A DNA stretch of 64,000 nt from Salinispira sp. (lineage in GTDB: Bacteria; Spirochaetota; Spirochaetia; DSM-27196; Salinispiraceae). Below, in pieces: positions 30,557 through 41,706 of the stretch. Position 1 is the first letter of the stretch; each line of letters opens with the position of its first letter. Where the stretch lies: the NCBI GenBank assembly GCA_965226555.1, contig CBDDDG010000021.1:1-64000 (forward strand), in the 5' to 3' direction. A model generated the notes under the pieces. That model had not been told where the DNA came from, searched no databases, and saw only the letters and a program-made list of their open reading frames with translations. Position numbers and translations under genes: made by a program.

Positions 30557-30735
30557 AAGTGCGTATTACCCTCCGCAGGAGTACTATTGGGAGAAAACCC
30601 CGTCACCGTGCCACGGTTCGGGCTCTTGGTCTCCGTAAGCTTAATTATTCTGTGGAAAAAGAACTCAATCCCATGATCCATGGAATGATTAATTCAGTAA
30701 ACTACCTTCTTGAAGTAGAGGAGCTTAAAAAATGA
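30553..30735 (+). CDS. rpmD: 50S ribosomal protein L30
   Basis: ITLRRS.IG...[12 protein letters not shown]. Confidence 0.96.
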   Translation: MKVRITLRRSTIGRKPRHRATVRALGLRKLNYSVEKELNPMIHGMINSVNYLLEVEELKK

Positions 30736-31256
30736 GTCTTTTACGCAGACCAGATGGTTCTGTTCGTCCCCGGAAGCGGGTCGGCCGAGGACAGGGAAGC
30801 GGTCTTGGATGTACCTCAGGTCGAGGAAACAACGGTCAGAATTCCCGTTCCGGCGGCGGTGTTCGTCCGGGTTTTGAGGGTGGACAAATGCCGCTTTACC
30901 GCCGTGTGGCGCGGCGAGGATTCAGCAACCATCCCTTTAAAAAAGACGTGATGATTTTTAATCTTGATATTATTAACAGTAAATATAAAACAGGTGAAAC
31001 TGTCTCTGTTCAAACACTTGCAGATAAGGGGCTTCTCAGCTCCCGAAGTAAGATTGATAAAATAAAGATTCTCAGTAATGGGGAAATTAAGAAAAAAATT
31101 ACCGTACATGAAAATATTGTGATTTCAACTTCAGCCGAAGAAAAAATTCTACAGGCAGGCGGTTCTATCCTCGGAAACCCTGTGTCCGAAAAGCAGGATG
31201 CAGATGCGGTTGAAGTGAAAGTAAAAGATATCGGGGAAGAAAAGAATGGCAAGTAA
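30732..31256 (+). CDS. rplO: 50S ribosomal protein L15
   Basis: [30 protein letters not shown]. Confidence 0.98.
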   Translation: MSLLRRPDGSVRPRKRVGRGQGSGLGCTSGRGNNGQNSRSGGGVRPGFEGGQMPLYRRVARRGFSNHPFKKDVMIFNLDIINSKYKTGETVSVQTLADKGLLSSRSKIDKIKILSNGEIKKKITVHENIVISTSAEEKILQAGGSILGNPVSEKQDADAVEVKVKDIGEEKNGK

Positions 31257-32571
31257 TACCCTGATTGATATTTTTAAAATAAGAGATCTTCGCGACCGCA
31301 TTTTCTTTACCCTTGCCATACTCATCATTTATCGCATAGGAACCTTTATTCCTGTGCCGGGCATCAATGTAAGTGCGATTCAGGCTGCTATTACCAGCCA
31401 GCAGAGCAGTAGCGGCGGACTGGGCATTACCGGTTATCTCGACTTTTTCTCAGGAGGGGCTTTTTCCAATTTTTCTGTTTTCATGATGGGAATTGTTCCC
31501 TATATTTCCACATCCATCATAATGCAGCTCATGCTTCTGGTATTTCCGCCGCTTAAAAAACTTCAGATGGAAGAGGGCGGTTCGAAAAAAATTCAGCGTT
31601 ATATTCGCTATGGCACCGTTATTGTCGCGCTTATACAGTCGCTGGTTATACGGCAATATGCGGGAAGTATTCCCAATGCCATTGCCATGGATAATCAATT
31701 TGCCTTTACCCTTTTTGCAATGCTTTCGGTAACAACGGGAACCATGTTTCTCATGTGGCTGGGTGAGCAGATTAATGAACGGGGTATTGGCAACGGTATT
31801 TCCCTTATTATCTTTGCGGGGATAGTTGCCCGAATGCCGGGCGCAGTGTGGGCACTGATTGTTGAAATACAGAATGGGCTCAATGTTGTATTTGTCATGC
31901 TTGCAGTAATTATGTTTGTTGTCGTTATTGTGCTTGTCATTTATGAGCAGCGGGGGCAGCGGAAAATTCCGGTGAACTATGCAAAGAGGGTTGTCGGGCG
32001 TCGTATGTATGGTGCGCAAAGTAGTTACATACCATTCAAAATCAATCCTTCGGGGGTAATTCCTGTTATCTTTGCATCTTCTGTACTCACCTTTCCAATC
32101 CAGATTGCAAGCGGGCTTGCTGCTAATGTCCGCTGGCTTCAGAATCTGCAGCGTTGGCTCAGGCCGGACGGAGCTCCGTACATAATTATCTATACGCTTC
32201 TGATTATCTTTTTTGCATATTTTTACACTCAGGTTTCGCTTAATCCCATTGAAATTTCCCGTCAGATAAGAGAGAATGGTGGTTCAATTCCGGGAATTCG
32301 GGCTGAAAAAACAGAGGAATATCTTATGAAGGTTCTGAATCGAATTATTCTTCCCGGTGCGTTGTTTCTGGCCTTTATTGCTGTTATACCGACCATAGTG
32401 CAGTCTCTGTTTAATTTTCCCGTGCAGGTTGCATATTTGATGGGGGGAACATCGCTTCTTATTCTTGTTGGCGTTGATCTCGATCTGATGAGTCAGATTG
32501 AGGGGCAACTTCGCATGCATCATCATGATGGGTTAACGAAGAAGGGGCGGATTAAATCCCGCAATCTATAA
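31246..32571 (+). CDS. secY: Preprotein translocase subunit SecY
   Basis: Multi-TM; MWLGEQI..RGIGNG.SLIIF, GVIPVIFASS, GGTSLLILVGV. Confidence 0.98.
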   Translation: MASNTLIDIFKIRDLRDRIFFTLAILIIYRIGTFIPVPGINVSAIQAAITSQQSSSGGLGITGYLDFFSGGAFSNFSVFMMGIVPYISTSIIMQLMLLVFPPLKKLQMEEGGSKKIQRYIRYGTVIVALIQSLVIRQYAGSIPNAIAMDNQFAFTLFAMLSVTTGTMFLMWLGEQINERGIGNGISLIIFAGIVARMPGAVWALIVEIQNGLNVVFVMLAVIMFVVVIVLVIYEQRGQRKIPVNYAKRVVGRRMYGAQSSYIPFKINPSGVIPVIFASSVLTFPIQIASGLAANVRWLQNLQRWLRPDGAPYIIIYTLLIIFFAYFYTQVSLNPIEISRQIRENGGSIPGIRAEKTEEYLMKVLNRIILPGALFLAFIAVIPTIVQSLFNFPVQVAYLMGGTSLLILVGVDLDLMSQIEGQLRMHHHDGLTKKGRIKSRNL

Positions 32572-32575
32572 AAGA

Positions 32576-32624
32576 ACGTTTTGCTTTGGAAAATTGCTTG
32601 CGCAATTTCCAGTAGCAAAACTTT
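32576..32624. repeat. REP-like palindrome, long form, between secY and rpmJ
   Basis: GTTTTGCTTTGGAAAATTGC-TTGC-GCAATTTCCAGTAGCAAAAC. Confidence 0.75.
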
Positions 32625-32639
32625 ATAAAAGGAAAATGT

Positions 32640-32753
32640 ATGAAAGTCAGAGTAAGTGTCAAGCCAATTTGTGATAAATGTAAGATAATTCGACGCCGCG
32701 GTGTTATACGGATTATCTGTTCTAACCCCAAGCATAAGCAGCGGCAGAAATAG
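32640..32753 (+). CDS. rpmJ: 50S ribosomal protein L36 (below ORF-track cutoff)
   Basis: Manual translation [37 protein letters not shown]. Confidence 0.97.
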   Translation: MKVRVSVKPICDKCKIIRRRGVIRIICSNPKHKQRQK

Positions 32754-32762
32754 GAGAATACG

Positions 32763-33128
32763 ATGGCGCGTATCGCAGGTATTGATTTACCAAATAAGCA
32801 TATTGAAATCGCACTTACTTATATCTATGGTATTGGCCGTACATCTGCACGGCAGATATGTAAAAAAACCGGAATTTCTGGAAGCAAGCGGACAAATGAA
32901 CTTACATCTGAAGAATCTAATAATCTGCGTAAAATTATTGAGAATGAATATAAGGTGGAAGGCAGGTTGAGAACTGAGGTAAGCCTGAATATCAAGCGTC
33001 TTATGGATATTGGTGCCTACCGCGGTTTCCGGCACCGAAGAGGACTGCCTGTTCGAGGGCAGCAGACACAAACAAATGCGCGTACTCGCAAGGGTAAGAG
33101 AAAAACTGTCGCAGGAAAGAAAAAATAG
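32763..33128 (+). CDS. rpsM: 30S ribosomal protein S13
   Basis: [31 protein letters not shown]. Confidence 0.98.
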   Translation: MARIAGIDLPNKHIEIALTYIYGIGRTSARQICKKTGISGSKRTNELTSEESNNLRKIIENEYKVEGRLRTEVSLNIKRLMDIGAYRGFRHRRGLPVRGQQTQTNARTRKGKRKTVAGKKK

Positions 33129-33137
33129 GAGAAGTAA

Positions 33138-33521
33138 TTGGCTAAACCAGCGAAAAAGAAAAAAGATAAGAAAACTATATTTGAAGGGAAGATACATATT
33201 CAGGCCACATTCAATAATACTATTGTTACAATTTCTGACCTGAACGGTAATACTATCTCATGGGCGAGTGCCGGAGGGCTTGGTTTTAAGGGTGCAAAAA
33301 AATCAACTCCCTATGCAGCTCAGGCAACTGCGGAAAGCGCAGTACAGAAGGCTCTTGATTACGGACTCGGTGAAGTTCATGTACTTGTCAAAGGTCCGGG
33401 AATAGGCAGGGAATCAGCAATACGTTCTCTTGGAAATATGGGGCTGAAGGTAAAAAGCATAAAAGATGTTACACCCATTCCCCATAACGGTTGCAGACCG
33501 CGGAAAGTACGTAGAGGCTGA
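33138..33521 (+). CDS. rpsK: 30S ribosomal protein S11
   Basis: [30 protein letters not shown]. Confidence 0.98.
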   Translation: MAKPAKKKKDKKTIFEGKIHIQATFNNTIVTISDLNGNTISWASAGGLGFKGAKKSTPYAAQATAESAVQKALDYGLGEVHVLVKGPGIGRESAIRSLGNMGLKVKSIKDVTPIPHNGCRPRKVRRG

Positions 33522-33531
33522 TATACTAAGC

Positions 33532-33557
33532 GAAAGTTTTGCAAATGCAAAACTTTC
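33532..33557. repeat. REP-like palindrome, short form
   Basis: GAAAGTTTTGCA-AA-TGCAAAACTTTC; related copies at 13179, 15020, 52209 and 55919. Confidence 0.75.
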
Positions 33558-33632
33558 TCACCATTTCAGTGGAGAAGTAGAAAATTTATAACAATCACAT
33601 ATCTGCAATTGCGTTGCGAAAAAGGAAATTTC

Positions 33633-34691
33633 ATGGCACGAAAAAGTCTATTGAAAGGTTTTAAGAAACCAAAGAACATTACATTTGAACATAGTGATGA
33701 AAAACCTGATTATGGGCGTTTTGTTGCTTATCCTTTTGAGAGGGGGTACGGAACAACCATTGGTAATTCATTTCGCCGTATTCTCCTTTCGAGTATTCAG
33801 GGATATGCAGTAACGGCTATACGGATTACTTCCCATGATGCTGAGGGTAATGCGCATCTGCTTTCCAGCGAGTACGAATCAATACCGGAGGTTGTCGAAG
33901 ACACATCGGATTTTATTAATAATCTCAGGCAATTGAACATTGTCCTGCCCTCCGATGCGGAGCAGAAAACTATCGTAGTGAAATTTTCCGGGAAGGAAAA
34001 ACTCACCGGCAGTGATCTGGAAGTTGACTCCGATATAAGGATACTGAATGGCGATATACATCTTCTGAGTACAATGCCGTCTGCCAATTTGGAAATTGAG
34101 TTGCAGATTGATCTTGGCCGAGGGTATGTACCTGCTGAACAGAATAAAAATTACATTGAGATTATCGGTGTTATTCCTCTGGATGCCCTCTATTCCCCAA
34201 TTCGGCGGGTTGTCTATTCAACAGAAAATACCCGCGTAGGCGACAGGGGCGATTACGATAAACTTATTTTGGAAATATGGACTGACGGCAGTATAAAACC
34301 GGAAAATGCCCTCTCGGAGGCGGCAAAAATTGCCAAGGATCATTTTACCACCTTCATCAATTTTGACGAGAGCACTATTCTGGATGACGATGAGGGCAAT
34401 GAAGAGGACGCACGTATTCAGCAGATATTAAATACACCTGTTGATGAGCTTGAACTTTCCGTACGCTCAAGTAATTGTCTTAAAAATGCGGACATCCGGA
34501 CCATCGGTGATCTCATATCGAAAACCGAAGAAGAAATAAAAAACACCAGAAACTTCGGCAAGAAATCACTGCAGGAAATCAAAGAGAAACTTCAGGAATG
34601 GAATCTCTCGATGGGCACGACCGATTATACATCTTTGACACTAACTCCAAAAATACCGAAGAGAAAGAGAGTAATGAACGATGAGGCATAG
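33633..34691 (+). CDS. rpoA: RNA polymerase subunit alpha
   Basis: [45 protein letters not shown]. Confidence 0.98.
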   Translation: MARKSLLKGFKKPKNITFEHSDEKPDYGRFVAYPFERGYGTTIGNSFRRILLSSIQGYAVTAIRITSHDAEGNAHLLSSEYESIPEVVEDTSDFINNLRQLNIVLPSDAEQKTIVVKFSGKEKLTGSDLEVDSDIRILNGDIHLLSTMPSANLEIELQIDLGRGYVPAEQNKNYIEIIGVIPLDALYSPIRRVVYSTENTRVGDRGDYDKLILEIWTDGSIKPENALSEAAKIAKDHFTTFINFDESTILDDDEGNEEDARIQQILNTPVDELELSVRSSNCLKNADIRTIGDLISKTEEEIKNTRNFGKKSLQEIKEKLQEWNLSMGTTDYTSLTLTPKIPKRKRVMNDEA

Positions 34692-35076
34692 AATTGGAAT
34701 TAATCCTCTTGAAAGAAAGGCGAGTCATCGAAAATCGCTGATCCGTAATATGGTTACATCATTTTTCCGATATGAACGAATCAAAATTACCAAAACCAAA
34801 GCCCTTGCGCTTTGCCGAGCCGCAGAAAAGATGATTACCAGAGCGAAAATTGATTCAGTTCATAACAGGCGTATTGTTGCCCGAAATATCACCGATAAGG
34901 CGATTCTCGCAAAACTCTTTACCGAAATTGCTCCCCGTTCAAAAGAGCGCAGGGGCGGCTATACGCGTATGTACAAACTCGGTCCTCGCTCGGGTGATGC
35001 AGCTGAAATGGTCATTGTTGAATTAACCGACAGGAATTCCGATGAGGAAAATACTGCAAATGATACGAAAACATAG
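34681..35076 (+). CDS. rplQ: 50S ribosomal protein L17
   Basis: MRHR...L.RK.SHR, GGYTR..K...R.GD.AEM. Confidence 0.98.
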   Translation: MRHRIGINPLERKASHRKSLIRNMVTSFFRYERIKITKTKALALCRAAEKMITRAKIDSVHNRRIVARNITDKAILAKLFTEIAPRSKERRGGYTRMYKLGPRSGDAAEMVIVELTDRNSDEENTANDTKT

Positions 35077-35160
35077 GCATGAACAATAAATTCTGATTTT
35101 CGTCTGGAATTACAGGAAAAAATCCTTGATGCGTATCATTCTTCGCAAGAATAATATGTT

Positions 35161-35233
35161 TGGGATGTAGCCAAGCGGTTAAGGCACCGGGTTTTGATCC
35201 CGGCATGCGGAGGTTCGAATCCTCCCATCCCAG
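35161..35233 (+). tRNA. tRNA-Gln(TTG)
   Basis: Acceptor TGGGATG/CATCCCA, anticodon arm CCGGG-TTTTGAT-CCCGG, GGTTCGAATCC. Confidence 0.95.
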
Positions 35234-35273
35234 GGAGAATCTGGCAGAGATCATATATACATATGGAGGAATT

Positions 35274-35879
35274 ATGGCTACAAAGGTACTGTCCGTCAAA
35301 GAGCGTACAGAGTTTGGTTCAAGCGCGAGCCGCAGATTACGGGGCGAAGGAAACATTCCGGTAGTTGTCTATGGTCATCGCGATGCGCAGCATTTTATTG
35401 TCGATGGTTGGGAATTCAGAACGAAATTCCGGCACATTTCCGAAAGTGAAATCATAACTCTTAAAAACGGCGATAGCGATTTGCAGGTACTCATTAAAGA
35501 TTATCAGGCTGATATCATTAAAAACAGGATGATCCATATTGATTTTTATGAAATTGAAAAGGGGCGGACACTGCGAACGCATGTTCCCGTGTATCTGCTT
35601 GGAACACCTATTGGCGTTCGCGAGGGCGGTATTCTTGAAGCTCCCCTGCATGAGTTGGATATCGAATGTCTGCCGAAGGACCTTCCCGAAAAAATTGAAG
35701 TGAATATAAGCGAACTACAAGATTCTGCTGCTCTTCATGTCAGCGATATAGAATCGCCCACGGGGGTGAAAATTCTTACAAATGCAGATCAGGTCATTGC
35801 TGCGGTAACGCATGCAAAAGCTGAATCTGTTGAAAGTGAGGAAGCCGCAGACGAAGAAGAAGCGGTTGAAGAAGAATAG
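35274..35879 (+). CDS. rplY: 50S ribosomal protein L25/Ctc
   Basis: SRRLR..G.IPVVVYG, HIDFYE, GVREGGIL, CLPKDLP; GGAGG RBS. Confidence 0.96.
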   Translation: MATKVLSVKERTEFGSSASRRLRGEGNIPVVVYGHRDAQHFIVDGWEFRTKFRHISESEIITLKNGDSDLQVLIKDYQADIIKNRMIHIDFYEIEKGRTLRTHVPVYLLGTPIGVREGGILEAPLHELDIECLPKDLPEKIEVNISELQDSAALHVSDIESPTGVKILTNADQVIAAVTHAKAESVESEEAADEEEAVEEE

Positions 35880-36492
35880 CTCCCCCGCAGAAAACAGATC
35901 TGTTCTCTGTATTATTGGTCTGGGAAATCCTGGGATGCCTAGAATCGGAAGTCGGCATAATGTCGGTTTTCACCTTGTGGATGAAATTGCGGAAATTTCA
36001 GGACTATCATTTAGGAAAAAACTATTCTCAAAATATCTGTATGCGGAAGGTATGAACCATGAAGGCGCTACATTCAGGAAGATAGTTCTTGTGAAACCGC
36101 TCACGTATATGAATAACAGCGGAACCGTTATTCCCGATATTCTGAGAAATTACGGGGAGGATGTGCAATTTCTTGTGGCGGCAGATAATATGGATCTTCC
36201 CCCAGGTATTGTCCGCCTCAAGAGGCGCGGCGGAACAGCAGGGCATAACGGACTCAAATCTGTTACCGAATATCTGGATGATGATTTCTGGCCGCTGTAC
36301 ATTGGTGTGGGACATCCCGGAACGAAGTCGGCTGTTACATCCCATGTTATGGAAAAAATGAATCGTCATGAGCAGGTTCTTTATAAACGGTTCATGCCGA
36401 CATGGGCCGGATATATTCTCAAACTTTCTTCGGAACCCTTTGATACAGTGCTGCAGAATATAAATTCTTCCCGTAACGATGACAGTCTTTAA
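35866..36492 (+). CDS. pth: Peptidyl-tRNA hydrolase
   Basis: GLGNPG, RHNVGF, KPLTYMN.SG, GHNGLKS; start uncertain. Confidence 0.94.
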   Translation: MKKNSSPAENRSVLCIIGLGNPGMPRIGSRHNVGFHLVDEIAEISGLSFRKKLFSKYLYAEGMNHEGATFRKIVLVKPLTYMNNSGTVIPDILRNYGEDVQFLVAADNMDLPPGIVRLKRRGGTAGHNGLKSVTEYLDDDFWPLYIGVGHPGTKSAVTSHVMEKMNRHEQVLYKRFMPTWAGYILKLSSEPFDTVLQNINSSRNDDSL

Positions 36493-37879
36493 TACATTTC
36501 GTACGAAAATACTTGACGATCTCAATGCCGGAATTCCCGGGCATGCCCTGCTCGCTCTTTCGGGCGGCAGAGATTCCATGTGCTTACTGTATCTGCTGGC
36601 TGGAGCTTCTCCCCCCGAGGGGGATGGGGGCGGCATAGGTTCTGTGCCGCAGAGGCAGTTCGCATTGCGGGCTGTCCATATCAATCATGGGATACGGCAT
36701 ATCTCCGAGTGCCGGAGAGATGAAGAATGTGTGCGGGAACAGTGCCGGAAGTTGGGAATTGAATTAGACATACAGAGAGCAGTTCCCTTCGAAATACAGA
36801 GCTGGCGGAAGGAAACCGGCGGTATGGAAGCCGGAGCGCGATTTTTCCGTTATCGGATTATGCATGATATGCTCAGTCCCGGTGAGGTTTTGCTCACCGC
36901 GCAGCATACCGATGATCTTCTGGAGGGTATGGTTCTTGCATTTTTCAGTGGGACATGGTCTGCGCGAGCCTTCACAGCGGCAGATGAGAGAATTATGCGT
37001 CCCTACCTTCGCCTTAACATTGGCAGGACAGTAATCGACCGGATAATTGATGAACAGCATATCCCCTTTGTGTCCGATTCATCAAACAGTGATGTTTCAT
37101 ATCGGCGCAATTTTATCCGCAGGGTTATTCTCCCGCAAATTACCGGGCAATTCGGTTCGGCGCGAAAGCGCATATTAAAATTGGCCCGGGAACAGCAGCA
37201 TATTCAGGATGCCCTGGATTTCTGCGCGCCGCAGTCACCCTGGGAAAGATATTACCTGCTTGGCAGGCAGTCTCTGAGTTGCCGGTTTGAGGAACTTCAG
37301 CGAATTCCCGCCTATTTTCAGGTTGTCCATACCCGTTGCGCCATGGCATTCTTCCTGGCAGCGCCCTCTGCGTCCATCTCTGCAATGGGCATGGTGGAAA
37401 GAATTCCGTCGCAGTTTATTCTCGACACTATTGCACGACTTTCTGGAAAGAAGCGTTGCAGGGTTGAGGGGCACGATTGTATATTCATTCGAGAGGGAGA
37501 TCGTATATATCTATTTCCTCTGCTTGCCTTCTCACGGAAAAAAGGTTATCATAAAATGGTACGGGTAAATGAAAATTGCTTTGTTTATCCTTTTCTGGAT
37601 GTGAAAGTGAAAATTCGGCTGGGTGGGGATTACTGCCCGCAAAGAATGCTTTTTCTTCATAGCTGGAGTACTGAGAAACAATGTATGATCACATGTTCAG
37701 CGGCCCTGCGGGAAACAAAAGAATTGGTTCCCCATTGGTTGCGGCAGGCGATATCGACTATTGAAGATGGACAAAAAGTGTATGGTTTTTTGTATCCCGA
37801 TCTTATACGTGGGTCGTGGAATTTCGTGGCGGCAGATACCGCCATTGAAAAATCATTATCTGTGGAGCAGGTATTTTGA
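36479..37879 (+). CDS. tilS: tRNA(Ile)-lysidine synthetase (divergent)
   Basis: PP-loop LSGGRDSMCL, HINHGIR, E..AR..RY, TAQH.DD..E, DSSN....YRRN.IR; between pth and ftsH. Confidence 0.88.
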   Translation: MTVFNTFRTKILDDLNAGIPGHALLALSGGRDSMCLLYLLAGASPPEGDGGGIGSVPQRQFALRAVHINHGIRHISECRRDEECVREQCRKLGIELDIQRAVPFEIQSWRKETGGMEAGARFFRYRIMHDMLSPGEVLLTAQHTDDLLEGMVLAFFSGTWSARAFTAADERIMRPYLRLNIGRTVIDRIIDEQHIPFVSDSSNSDVSYRRNFIRRVILPQITGQFGSARKRILKLAREQQHIQDALDFCAPQSPWERYYLLGRQSLSCRFEELQRIPAYFQVVHTRCAMAFFLAAPSASISAMGMVERIPSQFILDTIARLSGKKRCRVEGHDCIFIREGDRIYLFPLLAFSRKKGYHKMVRVNENCFVYPFLDVKVKIRLGGDYCPQRMLFLHSWSTEKQCMITCSAALRETKELVPHWLRQAISTIEDGQKVYGFLYPDLIRGSWNFVAADTAIEKSLSVEQVF

Positions 37880-39774
37880 ATAATAATAATAGTAATAATT
37901 TGCGCAACAATGATAATCAGGATCCGCAACAGCCGGTAAATTTTAATTTCAAAAATAACAAATTTGCCCTTATTATGCTCATTGCAATATTGGTGAGTTT
38001 TATATTTATTTTTTTGCCGACGGTGAATACTTCGGGCGGCGAAATAAATTATTCGGAATTTCTTTCATACCTTGAATCGGGTATTATTGAAAAGGTCGAT
38101 ATTATTGGTAATTCCATAGTTGAGGGACGTCTGCTCAGAAACGGCGCTTCCGAAAAATTCAGCACACGAATTCCCTATATTGATCAGGAGCTGATACAGC
38201 GTCTGAATGAGAAGGGTATTACTTTTTCCGGTAAGGAAAGTCCGGTAAGTCCTCTGGTACTGCTTGTGAACATTTTCCCATGGGTTATCGGGATATTTTT
38301 TATATGGTTCATGCTCCGACAGCTTCATGGCAATGGAAATAAGGCCTTTTCCTTTGGGAAGAGCAAGGCGAAGATCTACTCCGATGACAAAGAAAAGATA
38401 ATGTTTTCAGATGTTGCCGGACAATATGAAGCCAAGTATGAACTGCAGGAAATAGTGGAATTTCTGAAGAATCCGAAAAAATTTGAGGAAATAGGCGCAA
38501 AAATTCCCACGGGTGTTTTGCTTGTCGGTCTGCCGGGTACCGGTAAAACGCTGCTTGCAAAAGCTACTGCAGGGGAAGCCGAAGTAAAATTTTTTCACAT
38601 GTCGGGTTCTGATTTTGTAGAAATGTTTGTCGGAATTGGCGCAAGCCGCGTTCGTGATCTCTTTGAACAGGGAAGGCGCAATGCTCCCTGTATTATTTTT
38701 ATCGATGAGCTTGATGCTGTCGGCCGTACACGAGGCGCAGGCTACGGCGGCGGACATGATGAGCGTGAACAGACGCTGAATCAGATGCTCGTTGAAATGG
38801 ACGGATTTGAAACAAAGGACGGGGTAATAATTATTGCCGCTACCAATAGGGCAGATGTTCTTGACCCTGCTCTTTTGCGCCCTGGTCGATTCGACCGGAG
38901 AGTTATTATTGATATGCCGGATATGAATGAACGGCATGCAATTCTGAAAATACATGTAACAAAGATCCCGCTTGATTCATCGGTTGAACTTGAGGTTCTT
39001 GCTCGTTCAACTCCCGGGGCATCGGGAGCTGATCTTGCCAATTTGGTTAATGAAGCGGCGCTGCAGGCTGCCCGCAAGGATCATAAGTATGTGACCAAAG
39101 AAGATTTTGAAGAAGCCCGGGATAAAGTCTTCATGGGGGTTGCCCGAAAATCGAAAACCTTCACAAAGGAAGAGAATCGCTGGAAGGCCTATCATGAATC
39201 GGGGCATGCTCTTCTCCATTATTATCTTGAGAATGCGGATCCGCTTCACAAGGTTGATATTATTCCCCGAGGTTCGACGGGAGGCATAACCTGGAGCCTT
39301 CCTGAAAAAGATACCTATATTCAGAAGAAGGGATGGCTCGAAGACAGAATTGCCATTACCTACGGCGGCATGATTGCGGAGAAACTGGAATACAACGAGA
39401 CAAGCACCGGTGTTTCCAATGATCTTAAGCAGGCAACAGACATTGCCCGAAACATGGTCTGTAATTGGGGTATGAGTAATCTTGGACCGATTGCGCTCGG
39501 GCAGGATGAGCAGCCAATTTTCCTTGGAAAGGAAATTGCCCGGCATAATGACTATTCCGATGGTCTGGCTCGAAAAATTGATGATGAAATGCATGCTATT
39601 CTGGAGAGGGCCTATAAGCGGGCTGAAGGTATTCTGAAAAAACACAGGGATCAGCTGGATACTCTCGCGGCAGAATTACTTGTGAAAGAGACACTGTCTG
39701 ATGTTGAGGTTCGGGAACTTCTCAATTTGCCATCCCGACTTGAGCAGACAAAAAATCAGGATGAAAATTCATAA
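37876..39774 (+). CDS. ftsH: ATP-dependent zinc metalloprotease FtsH
   Basis: Two TMs, [33 protein letters not shown]. Confidence 0.98.
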   Translation: MNNNNSNNLRNNDNQDPQQPVNFNFKNNKFALIMLIAILVSFIFIFLPTVNTSGGEINYSEFLSYLESGIIEKVDIIGNSIVEGRLLRNGASEKFSTRIPYIDQELIQRLNEKGITFSGKESPVSPLVLLVNIFPWVIGIFFIWFMLRQLHGNGNKAFSFGKSKAKIYSDDKEKIMFSDVAGQYEAKYELQEIVEFLKNPKKFEEIGAKIPTGVLLVGLPGTGKTLLAKATAGEAEVKFFHMSGSDFVEMFVGIGASRVRDLFEQGRRNAPCIIFIDELDAVGRTRGAGYGGGHDEREQTLNQMLVEMDGFETKDGVIIIAATNRADVLDPALLRPGRFDRRVIIDMPDMNERHAILKIHVTKIPLDSSVELEVLARSTPGASGADLANLVNEAALQAARKDHKYVTKEDFEEARDKVFMGVARKSKTFTKEENRWKAYHESGHALLHYYLENADPLHKVDIIPRGSTGGITWSLPEKDTYIQKKGWLEDRIAITYGGMIAEKLEYNETSTGVSNDLKQATDIARNMVCNWGMSNLGPIALGQDEQPIFLGKEIARHNDYSDGLARKIDDEMHAILERAYKRAEGILKKHRDQLDTLAAELLVKETLSDVEVRELLNLPSRLEQTKNQDENS

Positions 39775-41686
39775 AAGGCATTTGTTCCGTATAGTTCCCC
39801 TTGTTTTGCTCATTATTTCCTGCGCTGGTCAGTCGATTCTTTTTCGTGAAGATCCTGTGCCTGAGCACATTAATTTCATTCGGGAAAAAATTGTTCGCTT
39901 TACGGCAGAAGAAGATCAGAAACATCTTTTTCAGGCATCGCTCATGATCTCCCGGGAGACTACCCGTAGACGTTTATCGTTCTCTGAGGGCAGAGATTTC
40001 ATGCGCGGCGTCCTTTTGAAATTTGAGGCAATGATCAGAGCCGATACTCATTCCCCCTATGAGCAACTGCCTGCCGAACCGACCGCCGACCTGCCTGCGG
40101 AACCGCATTCGGGGAAGCTGCGCAATTTTAACATTCTCCTTGCCCATGCCCGTTATCTCTTTGGACAGGACAGTTTTCCCGATTTTACCTCTTATACCGT
40201 CCGCACAGAAGGTGAGGATATTCTGGCTGCTGCTGAGAAAGAGCGGCTGGAGGGATATGATGCTCTGGCCCTGCATTATCTATTTCAAGCTGTGGAAATT
40301 CTTGGAAGCAGCTGGTTTCTGGATAATGCTTTTCCATTAGAAACAGCGCTGTGGTATGCCGCTGTTGCCCGAAAATATCACAATCGCGATGTTCTTTCAC
40401 TCATTGTTAAGACCATTGAACGCAATTATCCGCTTGAGGAGAAGAATGCCGCCATGCTTGACGCGTATCGTGAATATGCACAGAGCGACTGGGATGTGAG
40501 TGTTGGTGTTGAGGCAAGTGTTACCATATGGGTAGATAAGGGTATACGTCTTGAAGGGAGTGTTGGTTTTCCCGATCGGAGCATTGGTACGGGTTTTTAT
40601 GTTGCCTCCGATGGTTATATCATTACGAATTACCACGTTATTGCCAGCGAGGTTGACCCGACATATGAAGGGAAGAGTGAATTATTCATCCGCCCCGGTA
40701 ACAATCCTCAGCTCCGTATTCCTGCAACAGTTATTGCCTATGACCGCATATTTGACATTGCGCTCATCAAGGCAGAGAGTGAATCTCCTGAGCTTATGAG
40801 CTTTTTACCCGCGCGCTCCCTCCCCCCGGGCAGTAATCTCTTCGTTGTCGGTTCTCCGGGGGGGCTTGAGCGCAGTGTTACCGCGGGTATCGTATCGGCT
40901 CAGGGACGCCGTTTTCTCCAAATGGGAGACTTTGTACAGGTCGATGTGCCTATTAATCCCGGTAACAGCGGGGGTCCCATGTTCGATGAAGATGGGCATC
41001 TTGTCGGGGTGGTATTTGCCGGTGTGGAGCAGTTTGAGGGAGTTAATTTTGCGATACCAGCGTACTGGATTCAGTATTTTTTCCCTCAACTCTTTGAAGG
41101 CGGGGAAGTGCGGCACCCCTGGTTTGGCATGGCCGCCCGCAGGACAACAGGAGGCCTGGCAGTCGATTATGTGGTGCCCGGCAGTCCCGCAGAGGAGGCG
41201 GGTTTTCAGGCGGGGGAAATTGTTACTGCCATTAATGGCAGGCCTGTTTCACGTATCCCCGATGCGCAGGCAATTCTTCTCGGGGGAATGATTGAACAGC
41301 TCTATGATATCGCCGTAGAAGAGACACAGGATGTCGGCGGCAGGAGCATCCGCAGACTCGTATACAGCGAGGAACGCCCCTATAGTCCACTCAAGAATGT
41401 TCTTGGAGACAGGCTTGCCAATGTGTGGCTGCCGCCGCTCTTCGGCATGAAGGTTGTGTCCACGAGAACTCAGACAAACACCTATACCATTACCGAGGTC
41501 TTTTCGGGAGGTATAGCCGATGAATCCGGACTGAGTGAACATGACCATTTCAGACTTCTGAACTGGTTTATTGATCCTGATCTGGACATCGCAGTACTTC
41601 AAATATTCATCCAGAAACGGACAAACGGATACCTTGATGAGGGCTTGCAGCTTGCGGCATACATTGAACTCAACAGTTTTCTGTAA
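39761..41686 (+). CDS. S1C trypsin-like serine protease with PDZ domain, probable lipoprotein
   Basis: GTGF...GYIITNYHV, DIALIK, INPGNSGGP, PDZ (PGSPAEEAG); signal ending IISC. Confidence 0.88.
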   Translation: MKIHKRHLFRIVPLVLLIISCAGQSILFREDPVPEHINFIREKIVRFTAEEDQKHLFQASLMISRETTRRRLSFSEGRDFMRGVLLKFEAMIRADTHSPYEQLPAEPTADLPAEPHSGKLRNFNILLAHARYLFGQDSFPDFTSYTVRTEGEDILAAAEKERLEGYDALALHYLFQAVEILGSSWFLDNAFPLETALWYAAVARKYHNRDVLSLIVKTIERNYPLEEKNAAMLDAYREYAQSDWDVSVGVEASVTIWVDKGIRLEGSVGFPDRSIGTGFYVASDGYIITNYHVIASEVDPTYEGKSELFIRPGNNPQLRIPATVIAYDRIFDIALIKAESESPELMSFLPARSLPPGSNLFVVGSPGGLERSVTAGIVSAQGRRFLQMGDFVQVDVPINPGNSGGPMFDEDGHLVGVVFAGVEQFEGVNFAIPAYWIQYFFPQLFEGGEVRHPWFGMAARRTTGGLAVDYVVPGSPAEEAGFQAGEIVTAINGRPVSRIPDAQAILLGGMIEQLYDIAVEETQDVGGRSIRRLVYSEERPYSPLKNVLGDRLANVWLPPLFGMKVVSTRTQTNTYTITEVFSGGIADESGLSEHDHFRLLNWFIDPDLDIAVLQIFIQKRTNGYLDEGLQLAAYIELNSFL

Positions 41687-41706
41687 AATATGTTAGTATC
41701 CTCTGA

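Noticed and set aside
32571..33633. Absence of adk, map, infA and rpsD from the spc/alpha cluster, and of fusA before tuf
   Set aside because: Consistent with ordinary spirochete gene order.
35160..35273. ORF-track N-terminal extension of rplY
   Set aside because: It runs through tRNA-Gln; the real start is ATG 35274 after GGAGG.
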